DNA of 64,000 nucleotides, taken from NCBI GenBank assembly GCA_016938135.1, contig JAFGVD010000019.1, forward strand, positions 9,831 to 73,830. The letters are read 5' to 3'. The stretch comes from Coriobacteriia bacterium. GTDB taxonomy: Bacteria > Actinomycetota > Coriobacteriia > Anaerosomatales > Anaerosomataceae. The notes beneath the pieces are model-generated. The model saw only the letters and a list, made by a program, of their open reading frames with translations, was not told where the DNA came from and made no database searches. How positions within the stretch are numbered: the first letter of the stretch is position 1; each line of letters starts with the position of its first letter. The translations under genes and the position numbers were made by a program. Below, piece after piece: positions 27,087-35,596 of the stretch.

Positions 27087-28700
27087 CTACCCCTTCCGAG
27101 CCTTGCGATACTCGGTCGCCGCACCGATGAAATCACGGAAGAGCGGCGCCGGCCTTGTGGGGCGGCTCTTGAATTCAGGGTGGCCCTGATTGCCGAGGAA
27201 CCAGGGGTGGTCGGGCAGCTCGACCATCTCGACGAGCTTGTCATCAGGAGACACGCCTGAGATGACGAGGCCGGCATCCACCAACTGCTGACGGTACGCG
27301 TTGTTGACCTCAAAACGATGGCGATGACGCTCATATATGACTTCCTCGCCATATGCTGCGAAGCCTTTGGTGTCAGGAACCACCTTGCACGGGTACGCGC
27401 CCAGGCGCATCGTTCCGCCCATATCGCTCACGTCATGCTGGTCGCGCATGAGGTCGATGACCGGATGCGGAGACACCGCATCGAACTCCGCTGAGTTCGC
27501 ATCCTCAAGACCGGCCACGTGACGGGCGAACTCGACGACTGCCACTTGCAGGCCGAGACAGATGCCGAAGTACGGGACCTTGTTCTCCCGGGCGTAGCGC
27601 GCAGCGCGCACCTTGCCCTCGATGCCGCGGATACCGAAGCCGCCCGGCACCAGGATTCCGTCCATCTCGGAGAGCACCTGGTCCACTTCTTCAGGAGTAA
27701 GCGACTCCGCATCGACCCAGTGCAGATTGACCTCGTGGCCATGGAAGATGCCCGCGTGATCCAGCGCTTCCGCCACCGAGAGGTACGCATCGGGCAGCTG
27801 GACGTACTTGCCCACCAGAGCGATGTCGACCGTGTTGGTGAGCGACTGGCTGCTTCCCACGAACTTCTGCCATTCACTGATGTCGAACTCACCGCACTCA
27901 AGATCGAGGCGCTCGATGACCATGCTGTCCAGGCCCTGCTCATGAAGCTTGAGCGGCACCTCATAGATGGAGGCCGCGTCCTGCGCCGAGACGACCGCTT
28001 TGGGATCGACGTCGCAGAACAGGCCGATCTTGCGGCGGATACCCGCGTCTATGGGGCGATCCGACCGGCACACGATGAAGTCAGGCTGTATACCGATGGA
28101 GCGCAGCTCCTTGACGGAGTGCTGGGTGGGCTTGGTCTTGAGCTCTGCGCTGGCTGCGATATAGGGCACGAGGGTCACGTGGATGTAGCAGACGTTCTCG
28201 CGGCCTTGATCCTTGCGCAACTGGCGGATGGCCTCAAGGAACGGCAGCGACTCGATGTCGCCGACGGTGCCGCCGACCTCGGTGATGATGACGTCGGGCT
28301 GGGTCTGCTCGGCAAGGCGCTTGATCCGCTCCTTGATCTCGTTGGTCACATGAGGGATGACCTGCACGGTCGCGCCCAGATAGTCGCCTCGGCGCTCCTT
28401 GGTGACGATCGTCTGATACACCGAGCCGGCAGTGACGTTGCAGTCACGCGCCAAAGACTCGTCGATGAAGCGCTCGTAGTGGCCGAGGTCGAGGTCGGTC
28501 TCTCCCCCGTCATCGGTCACGAAGACCTCGCCGTGCTGGAAAGGACTCATCGTGCCGGGGTCGACATTGAGATAGGGGTCGAGCTTCTGGATGGTCACCT
28601 TCAGCCCACGGGACTTGAGCAAACGACCAAGCGATGCCGCAGTGATTCCCTTGCCAAGCGAACTGACAACGCCTCCCGTGACGAAGATATGTTTTGCCAT
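27087..28700 (-). CDS. pyrG: CTP synthase
   Basis: 537 aa. N-terminus [25 protein letters not shown] and glutamine amidotransferase motif [10 protein letters not shown]. Confidence 0.97.
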   Translation of the reverse strand: MAKHIFVTGGVVSSLGKGITAASLGRLLKSRGLKVTIQKLDPYLNVDPGTMSPFQHGEVFVTDDGGETDLDLGHYERFIDESLARDCNVTAGSVYQTIVTKERRGDYLGATVQVIPHVTNEIKERIKRLAEQTQPDVIITEVGGTVGDIESLPFLEAIRQLRKDQGRENVCYIHVTLVPYIAASAELKTKPTQHSVKELRSIGIQPDFIVCRSDRPIDAGIRRKIGLFCDVDPKAVVSAQDAASIYEVPLKLHEQGLDSMVIERLDLECGEFDISEWQKFVGSSQSLTNTVDIALVGKYVQLPDAYLSVAEALDHAGIFHGHEVNLHWVDAESLTPEEVDQVLSEMDGILVPGGFGIRGIEGKVRAARYARENKVPYFGICLGLQVAVVEFARHVAGLEDANSAEFDAVSPHPVIDLMRDQHDVSDMGGTMRLGAYPCKVVPDTKGFAAYGEEVIYERHRHRFEVNNAYRQQLVDAGLVISGVSPDDKLVEMVELPDHPWFLGNQGHPEFKSRPTRPAPLFRDFIGAATEYRKARKG

Positions 28701-28746
28701 GCGGTCCTCGTGCCTCCCTATGCCTCGAATCCTTGCCGATATGATA

Positions 28747-28771
28747 CCGCGCCCTGCTGACGAGGGCGCGG
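28747..28771 (-). terminator. GC-rich hairpin between the MraY-like gene and pyrG (terminator or attenuator candidate)
   Basis: The minus-strand RNA is CCGCGCCCU-cgucagc-AGGGCGCGG, a 9-bp perfect stem. It starts 8 nt after the upstream stop and ends 46 nt before the pyrG ATG. The following tract, UAUCAUAU, is only weakly U-rich. Confidence 0.45.
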
Positions 28772-28778
28772 GTTGTTC

Positions 28779-29891
28779 CTATGTGTCTATCGTATCCGGC
28801 TCCTGCGTCACGCTACCGCGCACAGCATCCGCATCACCCGGAGGCGAGGATTGGTCGCCCTCTATGTCCTTCAGTCTGCCGAGAGAATCCATCCACCGCA
28901 ACACAGGTGTGCGCTCGATCACCGCTGAGAACGATATCCGTTCTGACGCGAGATTCAGCAGGAGCAGCAGTGTCGCAGCCACTCCGAATCCCCAGAGCGG
29001 CAGCACGCCCACCAGCAGAAAGCCCACGACGGCGCCAAGGACGTTGGAGCCTGCGTCCCCGAGCATGCCCTGCTCACCAAGGTCGTATCGCCAGACAGCC
29101 AGGATCGGACCGAGGAACATCAGCAGACTGGCCACGATCATGGTCGTCCACTCGACAGAGCTGATAGCGGACGCAGCACCCACCGTATCCCCTATGCCGG
29201 CGGCGAACTCCGAGTACCCGCGCATTATGGTGACGGCAAAAGCGGTCCCTAGCGGGACGATGAACAAGACATAGGACTTCAGAGCCCGTCCGGGGCGAAG
29301 GTCCAGCAGATTGAACAAGTTGGTGGACAGCCCGATCACCAGTGTTGCCAGTATCCACGCCCCGATGCGCATGAAGGTGCTGGCGGTGTCTGCAGCCCCT
29401 GTCTCAACCACACGGGCGCTGGCGGACCAACCGTAGAAGACCGAGACCAGACCCACGCCGAACAGCTTCAACGAGCCCGAGGTCATCCGTCCCACCCGGA
29501 ACGCACGAAGATGGCCCCTGAAACCCTTGTGGCCGATCGTCCCGAACGCGTCATCGATCAGCCCGAACGCGAACGCGAATACGACCAAGAGGAGCGGCAT
29601 CCCGCTGAAGACCACACCCAGCGCGCCCGAATACAGGTGGAAAAGCGCATCGGGTGCCTCGGGAAAGATAGTGCCGACGGCCTCCAGGAGAGCACGCATC
29701 GCCATGATGCCCGCCGCCCACACGACCCAGCTGAGACCAAGTCCAAGAAAGACCGGCCTGCCCCGGAAGTTCTGCATCGTGCGACCCTCGGCGAGGGATG
29801 GCACAAGTGCCCGCATCGCCACAGAAGGCAGCATCCATGCCACGATAGCCGCAAGGACGAGGGTGACCGCATCGGCATAGAGCGGGCTCAC
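28779..29891 (-). CDS. Polyprenyl-phosphate sugar-1-phosphate transferase, MraY/WecA (GT4/PNPT) family paralogue with divergent motifs
   Basis: 370-aa polytopic protein. GLIDDAFG (the DD motif), STNLFNLLDLRPGRA (NxxNxxD, but lacking the usual DGxDGL), and MLGDAGSNVLG. The GTG start shares GTGA with the upstream stop. It is distinct from the canonical mraY at 7940..8992. Confidence 0.7.
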   Translation of the reverse strand: MSPLYADAVTLVLAAIVAWMLPSVAMRALVPSLAEGRTMQNFRGRPVFLGLGLSWVVWAAGIMAMRALLEAVGTIFPEAPDALFHLYSGALGVVFSGMPLLLVVFAFAFGLIDDAFGTIGHKGFRGHLRAFRVGRMTSGSLKLFGVGLVSVFYGWSASARVVETGAADTASTFMRIGAWILATLVIGLSTNLFNLLDLRPGRALKSYVLFIVPLGTAFAVTIMRGYSEFAAGIGDTVGAASAISSVEWTTMIVASLLMFLGPILAVWRYDLGEQGMLGDAGSNVLGAVVGFLLVGVLPLWGFGVAATLLLLLNLASERISFSAVIERTPVLRWMDSLGRLKDIEGDQSSPPGDADAVRGSVTQEPDTIDT

Positions 29892-32194
29892 GCTGCCTCA
29901 CCCTGCTCCGCGGCGGCGTCGCTGAGCATCAGGTACAGGATGCTTCCCGCCACATACAGCATGACAAGGGCAGGGATCACTATCCCTGAGTCCTCCGTGA
30001 AGTAACCGACCAGACTGCCTATGAGTGCGGCGGTCATCGCTATGCCGAAATTGGGGTACTTGTTGAGCGCATCGGCGAAATCGCCATGCGGGCGCCAGCG
30101 CATATATGCAAGGAAGCCGAGAATGGCGAACAATAGATACGACCAGTTCGACGCGCGCAAGACGCGCATGTTCGTCTCGGCTTTTCGGGCGACGATCGTC
30201 CATAGCGCACTCACGCCGCCTTCTTCCGCGCTCTCCCACGCGCGGCCAAGATGCGTCTGACCGCCGTCGCCGGCCGCCGAGAGGTCGTAGACAGAGAACA
30301 GTCCGACGATGACCACGACGCTCAATACTCCCAATAGCGCCATCTTCCAGGTCACCTTGTGTCCGTTCATCTGAAGCCACGCAATGCCGAAAGCAGCAAA
30401 ACCCCATGCGGCAACGCCCACGTTCGCACCCCAGAACGGCGCAGCCGTGACAGCGACGACGAGCAGAGCGAACACGGGGAGGACCCACTGTTTCACCGGA
30501 GTGACCCAGCGGGCCTCTCGGAAGTGATCGAACATCAATGCGACGCCAACGAGCCCGCCGCCCACAAGGATGCTCGCGCCCTCGTTGCCGATCCCGTAGT
30601 AGCGCGCACCCCACAACGGGGAGTAGCTGAAGAGCCCCGAGAAGGAGAGCGGCGCACCAAGCAGCTGGTCGACGATGAGCACGAACGCCGTCACGAGCCC
30701 AACGGCGCCGGCGGCAAAACCGGGTCCAAATCGCCGCGCCACGACGATCGCAGCAAGCCATAGAACCGCCGAGACGCCCACCAGCAACAGGAGGACCAGC
30801 GACGGTGAGTCCGGCCTTGGCACGACGAGGTACATCAGCGTCGCAGAAACGGGGACGCACAGCATGAACAGCAGCCCGTTACGCAGCAAAGAGAACACCT
30901 TGTGCGCCCACGCCGGGCGGCGACGCTTGATCCGCAGCATGAAGAACGTCCCTACGAGCAGGAGCGCTATCGTGATCCCGATGTAGGTGTTGGTGACCGT
31001 CAGCCGCACGGTGTCCACGGCGACCGCCATCGTGTTGAGCGATTCGAGCTCAGTAACCCTTTCGTCCAGCGACAGGCTTGAGCCGTCCGAGCTGATCGCG
31101 TTGCCGAGCATCGCCACAGACCGAGCGATGCCAAGCTCGGCAAGGACGGTGGGCGCGATGTCGAGTTCCGGTGTTATGCCGACCCTGTGAGTGGAAGGTG
31201 TCGTGATGACGCCCTTCCATCCGTCACCGCTCACGATGAGCGGCGCAAAGCCGACGGGGCCGGATTCCGGCGTCGCCGGTATCTGAGACAGCACGATCAG
31301 CGTGGCATCGGCAGGCAGGTTGTCTCGGACCATCCCCACGATCTGATCCGTCTTGACGTTTGCCTTGACGCGATGCTCCACTGCGACATCATCAGCCACG
31401 TCTGTCGCGAATCTCTGAGCGCGCTCCGCATCGCCAGGGTCGACGACCACGAGTCCCGGACCACCATCGGTTGCGACACCGCGCACCGCGCTTGCGAAAG
31501 CAAAACGCATCACTTCAACGTCGGTAGAGACTCCATACGGCGCGTCAGGATCGCTCATGAGCAACTTGGCCGACACATCGCCGTAGTCGACAAGCCCTTC
31601 GCTGTCCATCGCCACAAGCGCGGCCGGCCGGCTCTGCCATGTCTGACGGACCTCATACCCGTAGTCCGAGTTGCCCAGAGCAGCCGTAGCGCCGCCTGCG
31701 TCATGGATCGCCTGACCGAGCGCACCGATCTGCGTATCGAGGGTCTGTGATTCGTTCGCACGCTGTATCCTGGGCAGGCCCAAGAACACCACTGCGCTGT
31801 CTCCCGGATTCCGCCCCATGAACCGGTCGTAGGCATCTGCTGCATCGCCCACCTCGTAGTGCTCCGTGACCGAGTAGGCTGCAGGAGCGCTGGCGTCAGA
31901 CGCCGATGAGGACGATGCCGAGATGGTCAAAGCGGCATGCGTCTGCGTGACAGTGCTGGTGAACCGGGCACTCGCGCAAGTGTTCAGGTTGCCGATGGCA
32001 CCTTCACGCGCCAACTCGCTCGTCTCGGGCATCGTGCCACCCAACACATCTTGCCAGGTCAAGTACGGCGCCAGGACGATAACGACCACGCCGGAAGGCT
32101 CAGTCTCAGTACCGGTGGATGCAGACGCACCCACGGCAGGGAGCATCAGCAGGGCCACCATAGCCACCGCGAGCAGTTTGACCGTGCGTTTCAT
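29888..32194 (-). CDS. Large envelope protein: signal peptide + alkaline-phosphatase-superfamily-like ectodomain + C-terminal polytopic domain
   Basis: Start at MKRTVKLLAVAMVALLMLPAVGASA (ATG 32194). VVVIVLAPYLTWQDVLGGTMPETSELAREGAIGNLN and STHRVGITPELDIAPTVLAELGI resemble the first and last core motifs of sulfatase/LtaS/EptA-type domains. About 10 hydrophobic helices occupy the last ~370 aa. The function call is inference. Confidence 0.5.
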   Translation of the reverse strand: MKRTVKLLAVAMVALLMLPAVGASASTGTETEPSGVVVIVLAPYLTWQDVLGGTMPETSELAREGAIGNLNTCASARFTSTVTQTHAALTISASSSSASDASAPAAYSVTEHYEVGDAADAYDRFMGRNPGDSAVVFLGLPRIQRANESQTLDTQIGALGQAIHDAGGATAALGNSDYGYEVRQTWQSRPAALVAMDSEGLVDYGDVSAKLLMSDPDAPYGVSTDVEVMRFAFASAVRGVATDGGPGLVVVDPGDAERAQRFATDVADDVAVEHRVKANVKTDQIVGMVRDNLPADATLIVLSQIPATPESGPVGFAPLIVSGDGWKGVITTPSTHRVGITPELDIAPTVLAELGIARSVAMLGNAISSDGSSLSLDERVTELESLNTMAVAVDTVRLTVTNTYIGITIALLLVGTFFMLRIKRRRPAWAHKVFSLLRNGLLFMLCVPVSATLMYLVVPRPDSPSLVLLLLVGVSAVLWLAAIVVARRFGPGFAAGAVGLVTAFVLIVDQLLGAPLSFSGLFSYSPLWGARYYGIGNEGASILVGGGLVGVALMFDHFREARWVTPVKQWVLPVFALLVVAVTAAPFWGANVGVAAWGFAAFGIAWLQMNGHKVTWKMALLGVLSVVVIVGLFSVYDLSAAGDGGQTHLGRAWESAEEGGVSALWTIVARKAETNMRVLRASNWSYLLFAILGFLAYMRWRPHGDFADALNKYPNFGIAMTAALIGSLVGYFTEDSGIVIPALVMLYVAGSILYLMLSDAAAEQGEAA

Positions 32195-32378
32195 ATAGCC
32201 TCCAACGGCCACCGCATACCCGCAGGGCATACGTCTACCGTCATGTCGAAGAACGGGGAACAAATCCGGATCCGGCGCCAGGTGGCTGCCCGGGCATTCG
32301 GGGTGCCCGTTGTGTAGTATACCGAATCCCTACAGCAGGAAGCACGCCGTACGGTGACGGGTCGGTGTCAGCTACACT

Positions 32379-34007
32379 ATGAGCGTCCGATCGTCTGAGG
32401 AGGCACCCATAGCAACACCATCCGTAGCGAGATCGACGGCCACGATGTCGATCTCCACCGCGATATCGCGGATCACCGGTTTCGTCAGAGCCTGGGCGAT
32501 GGCCTATGCCCTGGGCGTGACGCTGGTGTCCTCCTCCTACAGCATCGCGAACAACATCCCCAACATGATCTTCGAGCTCATGGCCGGCGGTGTGCTCTCT
32601 AGCGTGTTCATCCCGCTGTTCATCGAGCGGATGCAGCGGGACGGAGAGGAAGACGCCTGGCGCTTCGCAAGCTACCTGTTCAACATCATCGTTCTCATAC
32701 TCGGTGTGGTCGCCGCCGTAGGCACGATCTGGGCAGAACCATTCGTACGCACCCAGACTTTTCTCATCTCTGCCGAGAAGGCCGAACTCGCCATCTACTT
32801 CTTCCGCTTCTTCGCGATCCAGATAGTCTTCTACGGCGCAGGCATGGTGTTCACGGGAGTACTGAACAGCTATCGGAAGTTCCTTGCTCCGGCAGTGGCG
32901 CCCATCTTCAACAACATCGTGGTCATCGTCACGATGCTTGGATTCTATGTCCCGTTCCGCGACACCAACCCGGAGATGGCCAAGATCGGTCTCGCCATCG
33001 GCACCACTCTTGGCGTGCTCGTCATGACGCTCATCCAGATCCCCAGCCTCATCAAGCTGGGTGTCCGATACACTCCGAAGATCGACTGGCACCATCCCGC
33101 GCTGCACAAGATCGTGACGAAGATCGGCCCGACGTTCGTTTACGTCATCATCAACCTCATCGGGGTGTCCTTCCGCAACGCGTACGCGTTCCAGGCAAGC
33201 GACACCGGGCCGGCGGTCTTGCAGTACGCCTGGATGTTCTACCAACTCCCCTACGGCATCTTCGCGGTCGCGCTGGCCACCGCGATCTTCCCTGAACTAG
33301 CCGAGAGAGCCGACCGCGGCGACTGGGACGCGTTCAAGACCACCTTTTCAAAAGGCTTCCGGGCCACCGGGGTCATCATCATCCCGCTCGCCGCCATGTT
33401 GATCGCACTCGCGTCGCCTCTGATCACACTCTACGTCTTCGGACGCTTCACGTCTGCGGATGTGCCTCTTGTCTCGGAGATACTGGTCTGGTGGGCGGCG
33501 GGGCTCTTCTTCTACGCCGGGTACATGTACGTGCTCAAGACGTTCTACTCGATGCAAGACACCAAGACCCCTATGTTCACAAACGCGCTGACTACGGTTC
33601 TGCAGGTGTCGCTATACGCAGGGCTGACCGTGGGAATCGGCACATGGGAAGGCCTGGGGCTCAAAGGGATCCCGATCGCCGATGGCGTCTTTTTCATCGT
33701 GCACCTCACCATCCTCGCGCTCATATTGCGCAAACGTATCGGAGGATATGACTTCAGGGGTATCGCCTGGAGCCTGGGCCGCGTCATCGCGGCATCGGTT
33801 CTTGGCGGACTGGCAGCCATCGGCATCATGAACCTCACAGATGGACTTGCGGCGCTTCGTCTGGGCTTCGTGGCTCAGCTTGCGATCGCCGGAACCGTGG
33901 GTCTGACTGTTGCCTACGGCCTCGCCTGGGCTATGCGGGTGCCAGAGGTGTATCTCGTATTCGGCAAGATAGCTGGCCGCTTCGGCGGTCGTAGGGAGGC
34001 ATCGTGA
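32379..34007 (+). CDS. murJ: MurJ/MviN-family (MOP superfamily) lipid-linked glycan flippase
   Basis: 542 aa, about 14 TM helices. N-terminal SISTAISRITGFVRAWAMAYALG and NNIPNMIFELMAGGVLSSVFIPLF are typical MurJ motifs. Start is uncertain (ATG 32379 or ATG 32445); neither has a clear SD. Confidence 0.88.
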   Translation: MSVRSSEEAPIATPSVARSTATMSISTAISRITGFVRAWAMAYALGVTLVSSSYSIANNIPNMIFELMAGGVLSSVFIPLFIERMQRDGEEDAWRFASYLFNIIVLILGVVAAVGTIWAEPFVRTQTFLISAEKAELAIYFFRFFAIQIVFYGAGMVFTGVLNSYRKFLAPAVAPIFNNIVVIVTMLGFYVPFRDTNPEMAKIGLAIGTTLGVLVMTLIQIPSLIKLGVRYTPKIDWHHPALHKIVTKIGPTFVYVIINLIGVSFRNAYAFQASDTGPAVLQYAWMFYQLPYGIFAVALATAIFPELAERADRGDWDAFKTTFSKGFRATGVIIIPLAAMLIALASPLITLYVFGRFTSADVPLVSEILVWWAAGLFFYAGYMYVLKTFYSMQDTKTPMFTNALTTVLQVSLYAGLTVGIGTWEGLGLKGIPIADGVFFIVHLTILALILRKRIGGYDFRGIAWSLGRVIAASVLGGLAAIGIMNLTDGLAALRLGFVAQLAIAGTVGLTVAYGLAWAMRVPEVYLVFGKIAGRFGGRREAS

Positions 34008-34696
34008 GCGTCATCGCCCTCGTCCCCGCTTTCAATGAATCTGAGCGGATAACCGCAACCGTCAGATCGGCGATGGAGATAGCCGGCGTCGACCGCGTCC
34101 TGGTGGTAGACGACGCCTCAAGCGATGACACCTCCGCACGTGCACGCGCCGCAGGCGCCGAGGTCCTCACGCTTCCGTCGAACCTGGGCAAGGGTGCTGC
34201 ACTGGATGCCGGGCTTGCCTACGTAGCCCAGGACGCAGACATCCTGCTGCTGCTGGACGGCGATCTGGCCGAGACCGCCTTCGAGGGCGAGTCCTTGCTA
34301 GCGCCTGTCGTGAGCGGCGAAGCCGACATGACGATAGCCACGTTCCCCCACCCTGTTGGCAAGGCCGGATTCGGCCTGGTGAAGGGGCTCGCACGTTTTG
34401 GCATCGCTCGACTGGGCGGCGGCTTTCTTGCCGAGGCACCACTGTCCGGACAAAGAGCGCTCTCTCGCACCGCGTGGACCCGCGTCACGCCTTTTGCCTT
34501 CGGATATGGCGTGGAGGTCGCACTGACCATACGTGCCCTGCGTAGCGGCCTTACGATCCTGGAAGTACCGACAACGATGTCTCACGCGGCCACTGGCAGA
34601 GACCTGTCAGGATTCATGCATCGGGGTCGACAGTTCGCGCACGTCCTGCGCGCATTGATCCGTCTGGCTTTCGAGCGCACACCGACTCGCGACTAG
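34004..34696 (+). CDS. Family 2 glycosyltransferase (soluble, DPM1/GtrB-like catalytic domain)
   Basis: 230 aa. VIALVPAFNESERI, VLVVDDASSDDT, NLGKGAALDAG and a DGD (DxD) motif. The GTG start overlaps the murJ stop (GTGA), implying translational coupling. Confidence 0.85.
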   Translation: MSVIALVPAFNESERITATVRSAMEIAGVDRVLVVDDASSDDTSARARAAGAEVLTLPSNLGKGAALDAGLAYVAQDADILLLLDGDLAETAFEGESLLAPVVSGEADMTIATFPHPVGKAGFGLVKGLARFGIARLGGGFLAEAPLSGQRALSRTAWTRVTPFAFGYGVEVALTIRALRSGLTILEVPTTMSHAATGRDLSGFMHRGRQFAHVLRALIRLAFERTPTRD

Positions 34697-35583
34697 AAGG
34701 CCTCGGGTACCGCGCTCAACACAGGAAACACGCTGTCCGCACCGTCACGGATCCCGAAATAGCCCGTCGAACGTCCGGCAAGCACCCAGGCGAGTGACAC
34801 AGCACCCTGCGGGCTTGAGACATCATCAACCGCCGAAAGCCCCGCCGCGTTCACCGCTTCCACCACGCCACTCACACGGCTACTCGCCTCAACGCCTGCT
34901 ACCGGGAATCCAAGCTCGGACAGCCGTACGGCCAGCGCAAGGCCGACGGGATCGGCACTGTCTCCTGTGGACGCAAGCAGGGCCATTCCGGAGATCGTCT
35001 GTGTGCCATCGATGCTCTCCATCCCGAGCTGACCTGAGGTCACAAGGAGGTCGATCACGGGCCGGTCTTCCTCTGGAGCCGTCAACTCGTGTGCCAGAGC
35101 CTGGGCAACAGCATTGATAGGATCGATATCCTGGCTGTCCCAGGTGGCCGAGTCTTCTCCGGAAGACGCGAACAGAGCAGCGTTCAGTGCCTCGGCGTCG
35201 ATCTCATCCAGCCCAAATGAAGCGTTCTCGGCGGTCAGCACCATAGGAATCCCGCCAGCCTGCTCGATGATCGATGTCGTGGCTGCCAGTCCGTCCGCGC
35301 GGCCAGTACTGGACAACACAAGCACCGTCTGGCCTTCCAGCGCACCGCTCACGATGACCGGCACCGCGTCGGTAGCGAACAGTCGGTCGCGTTCCAAACC
35401 TTCGCGCAGATCCGCATTGTCCTGCCGCAGATCTGAGAACTCCTGCTGTAGGTCGTTGACGATCTGAGTGCCCTGGTTAGTCAAGACGCCACGCTCGACC
35501 ACCACCGTGCCGAGCAGCAGCCCCACCGAGAGCGCAAGGAATACGGCTACAAGCGACGCTATGTGGTAACGGAGGTTGTACAT
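34693..35583 (-). CDS. steB: MctB/DUF3186-family membrane protein (SteB-type partner of SteA)
   Basis: 296 aa. N-terminal TM MYNLRYHIASLVAVFLALSVGLLLG, then a coiled-coil segment. Lies immediately downstream of steA, as in the Mycobacterium Rv1697-mctB and Corynebacterium steA-steB pairs (from memory). Confidence 0.65.
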   Translation of the reverse strand: MYNLRYHIASLVAVFLALSVGLLLGTVVVERGVLTNQGTQIVNDLQQEFSDLRQDNADLREGLERDRLFATDAVPVIVSGALEGQTVLVLSSTGRADGLAATTSIIEQAGGIPMVLTAENASFGLDEIDAEALNAALFASSGEDSATWDSQDIDPINAVAQALAHELTAPEEDRPVIDLLVTSGQLGMESIDGTQTISGMALLASTGDSADPVGLALAVRLSELGFPVAGVEASSRVSGVVEAVNAAGLSAVDDVSSPQGAVSLAWVLAGRSTGYFGIRDGADSVFPVLSAVPEAF

Positions 35584-35596
35584 TGGCCCTCCCGGG

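Noticed and set aside
29898-30860. 320-aa same-strand alternative-frame ORF inside the 768-aa envelope protein gene (Arg-rich product)
   Set aside because: It is an off-frame ORF within a gene whose main frame gives clean TM helices. The product is about one-quarter Arg and lacks structure-like sequence.
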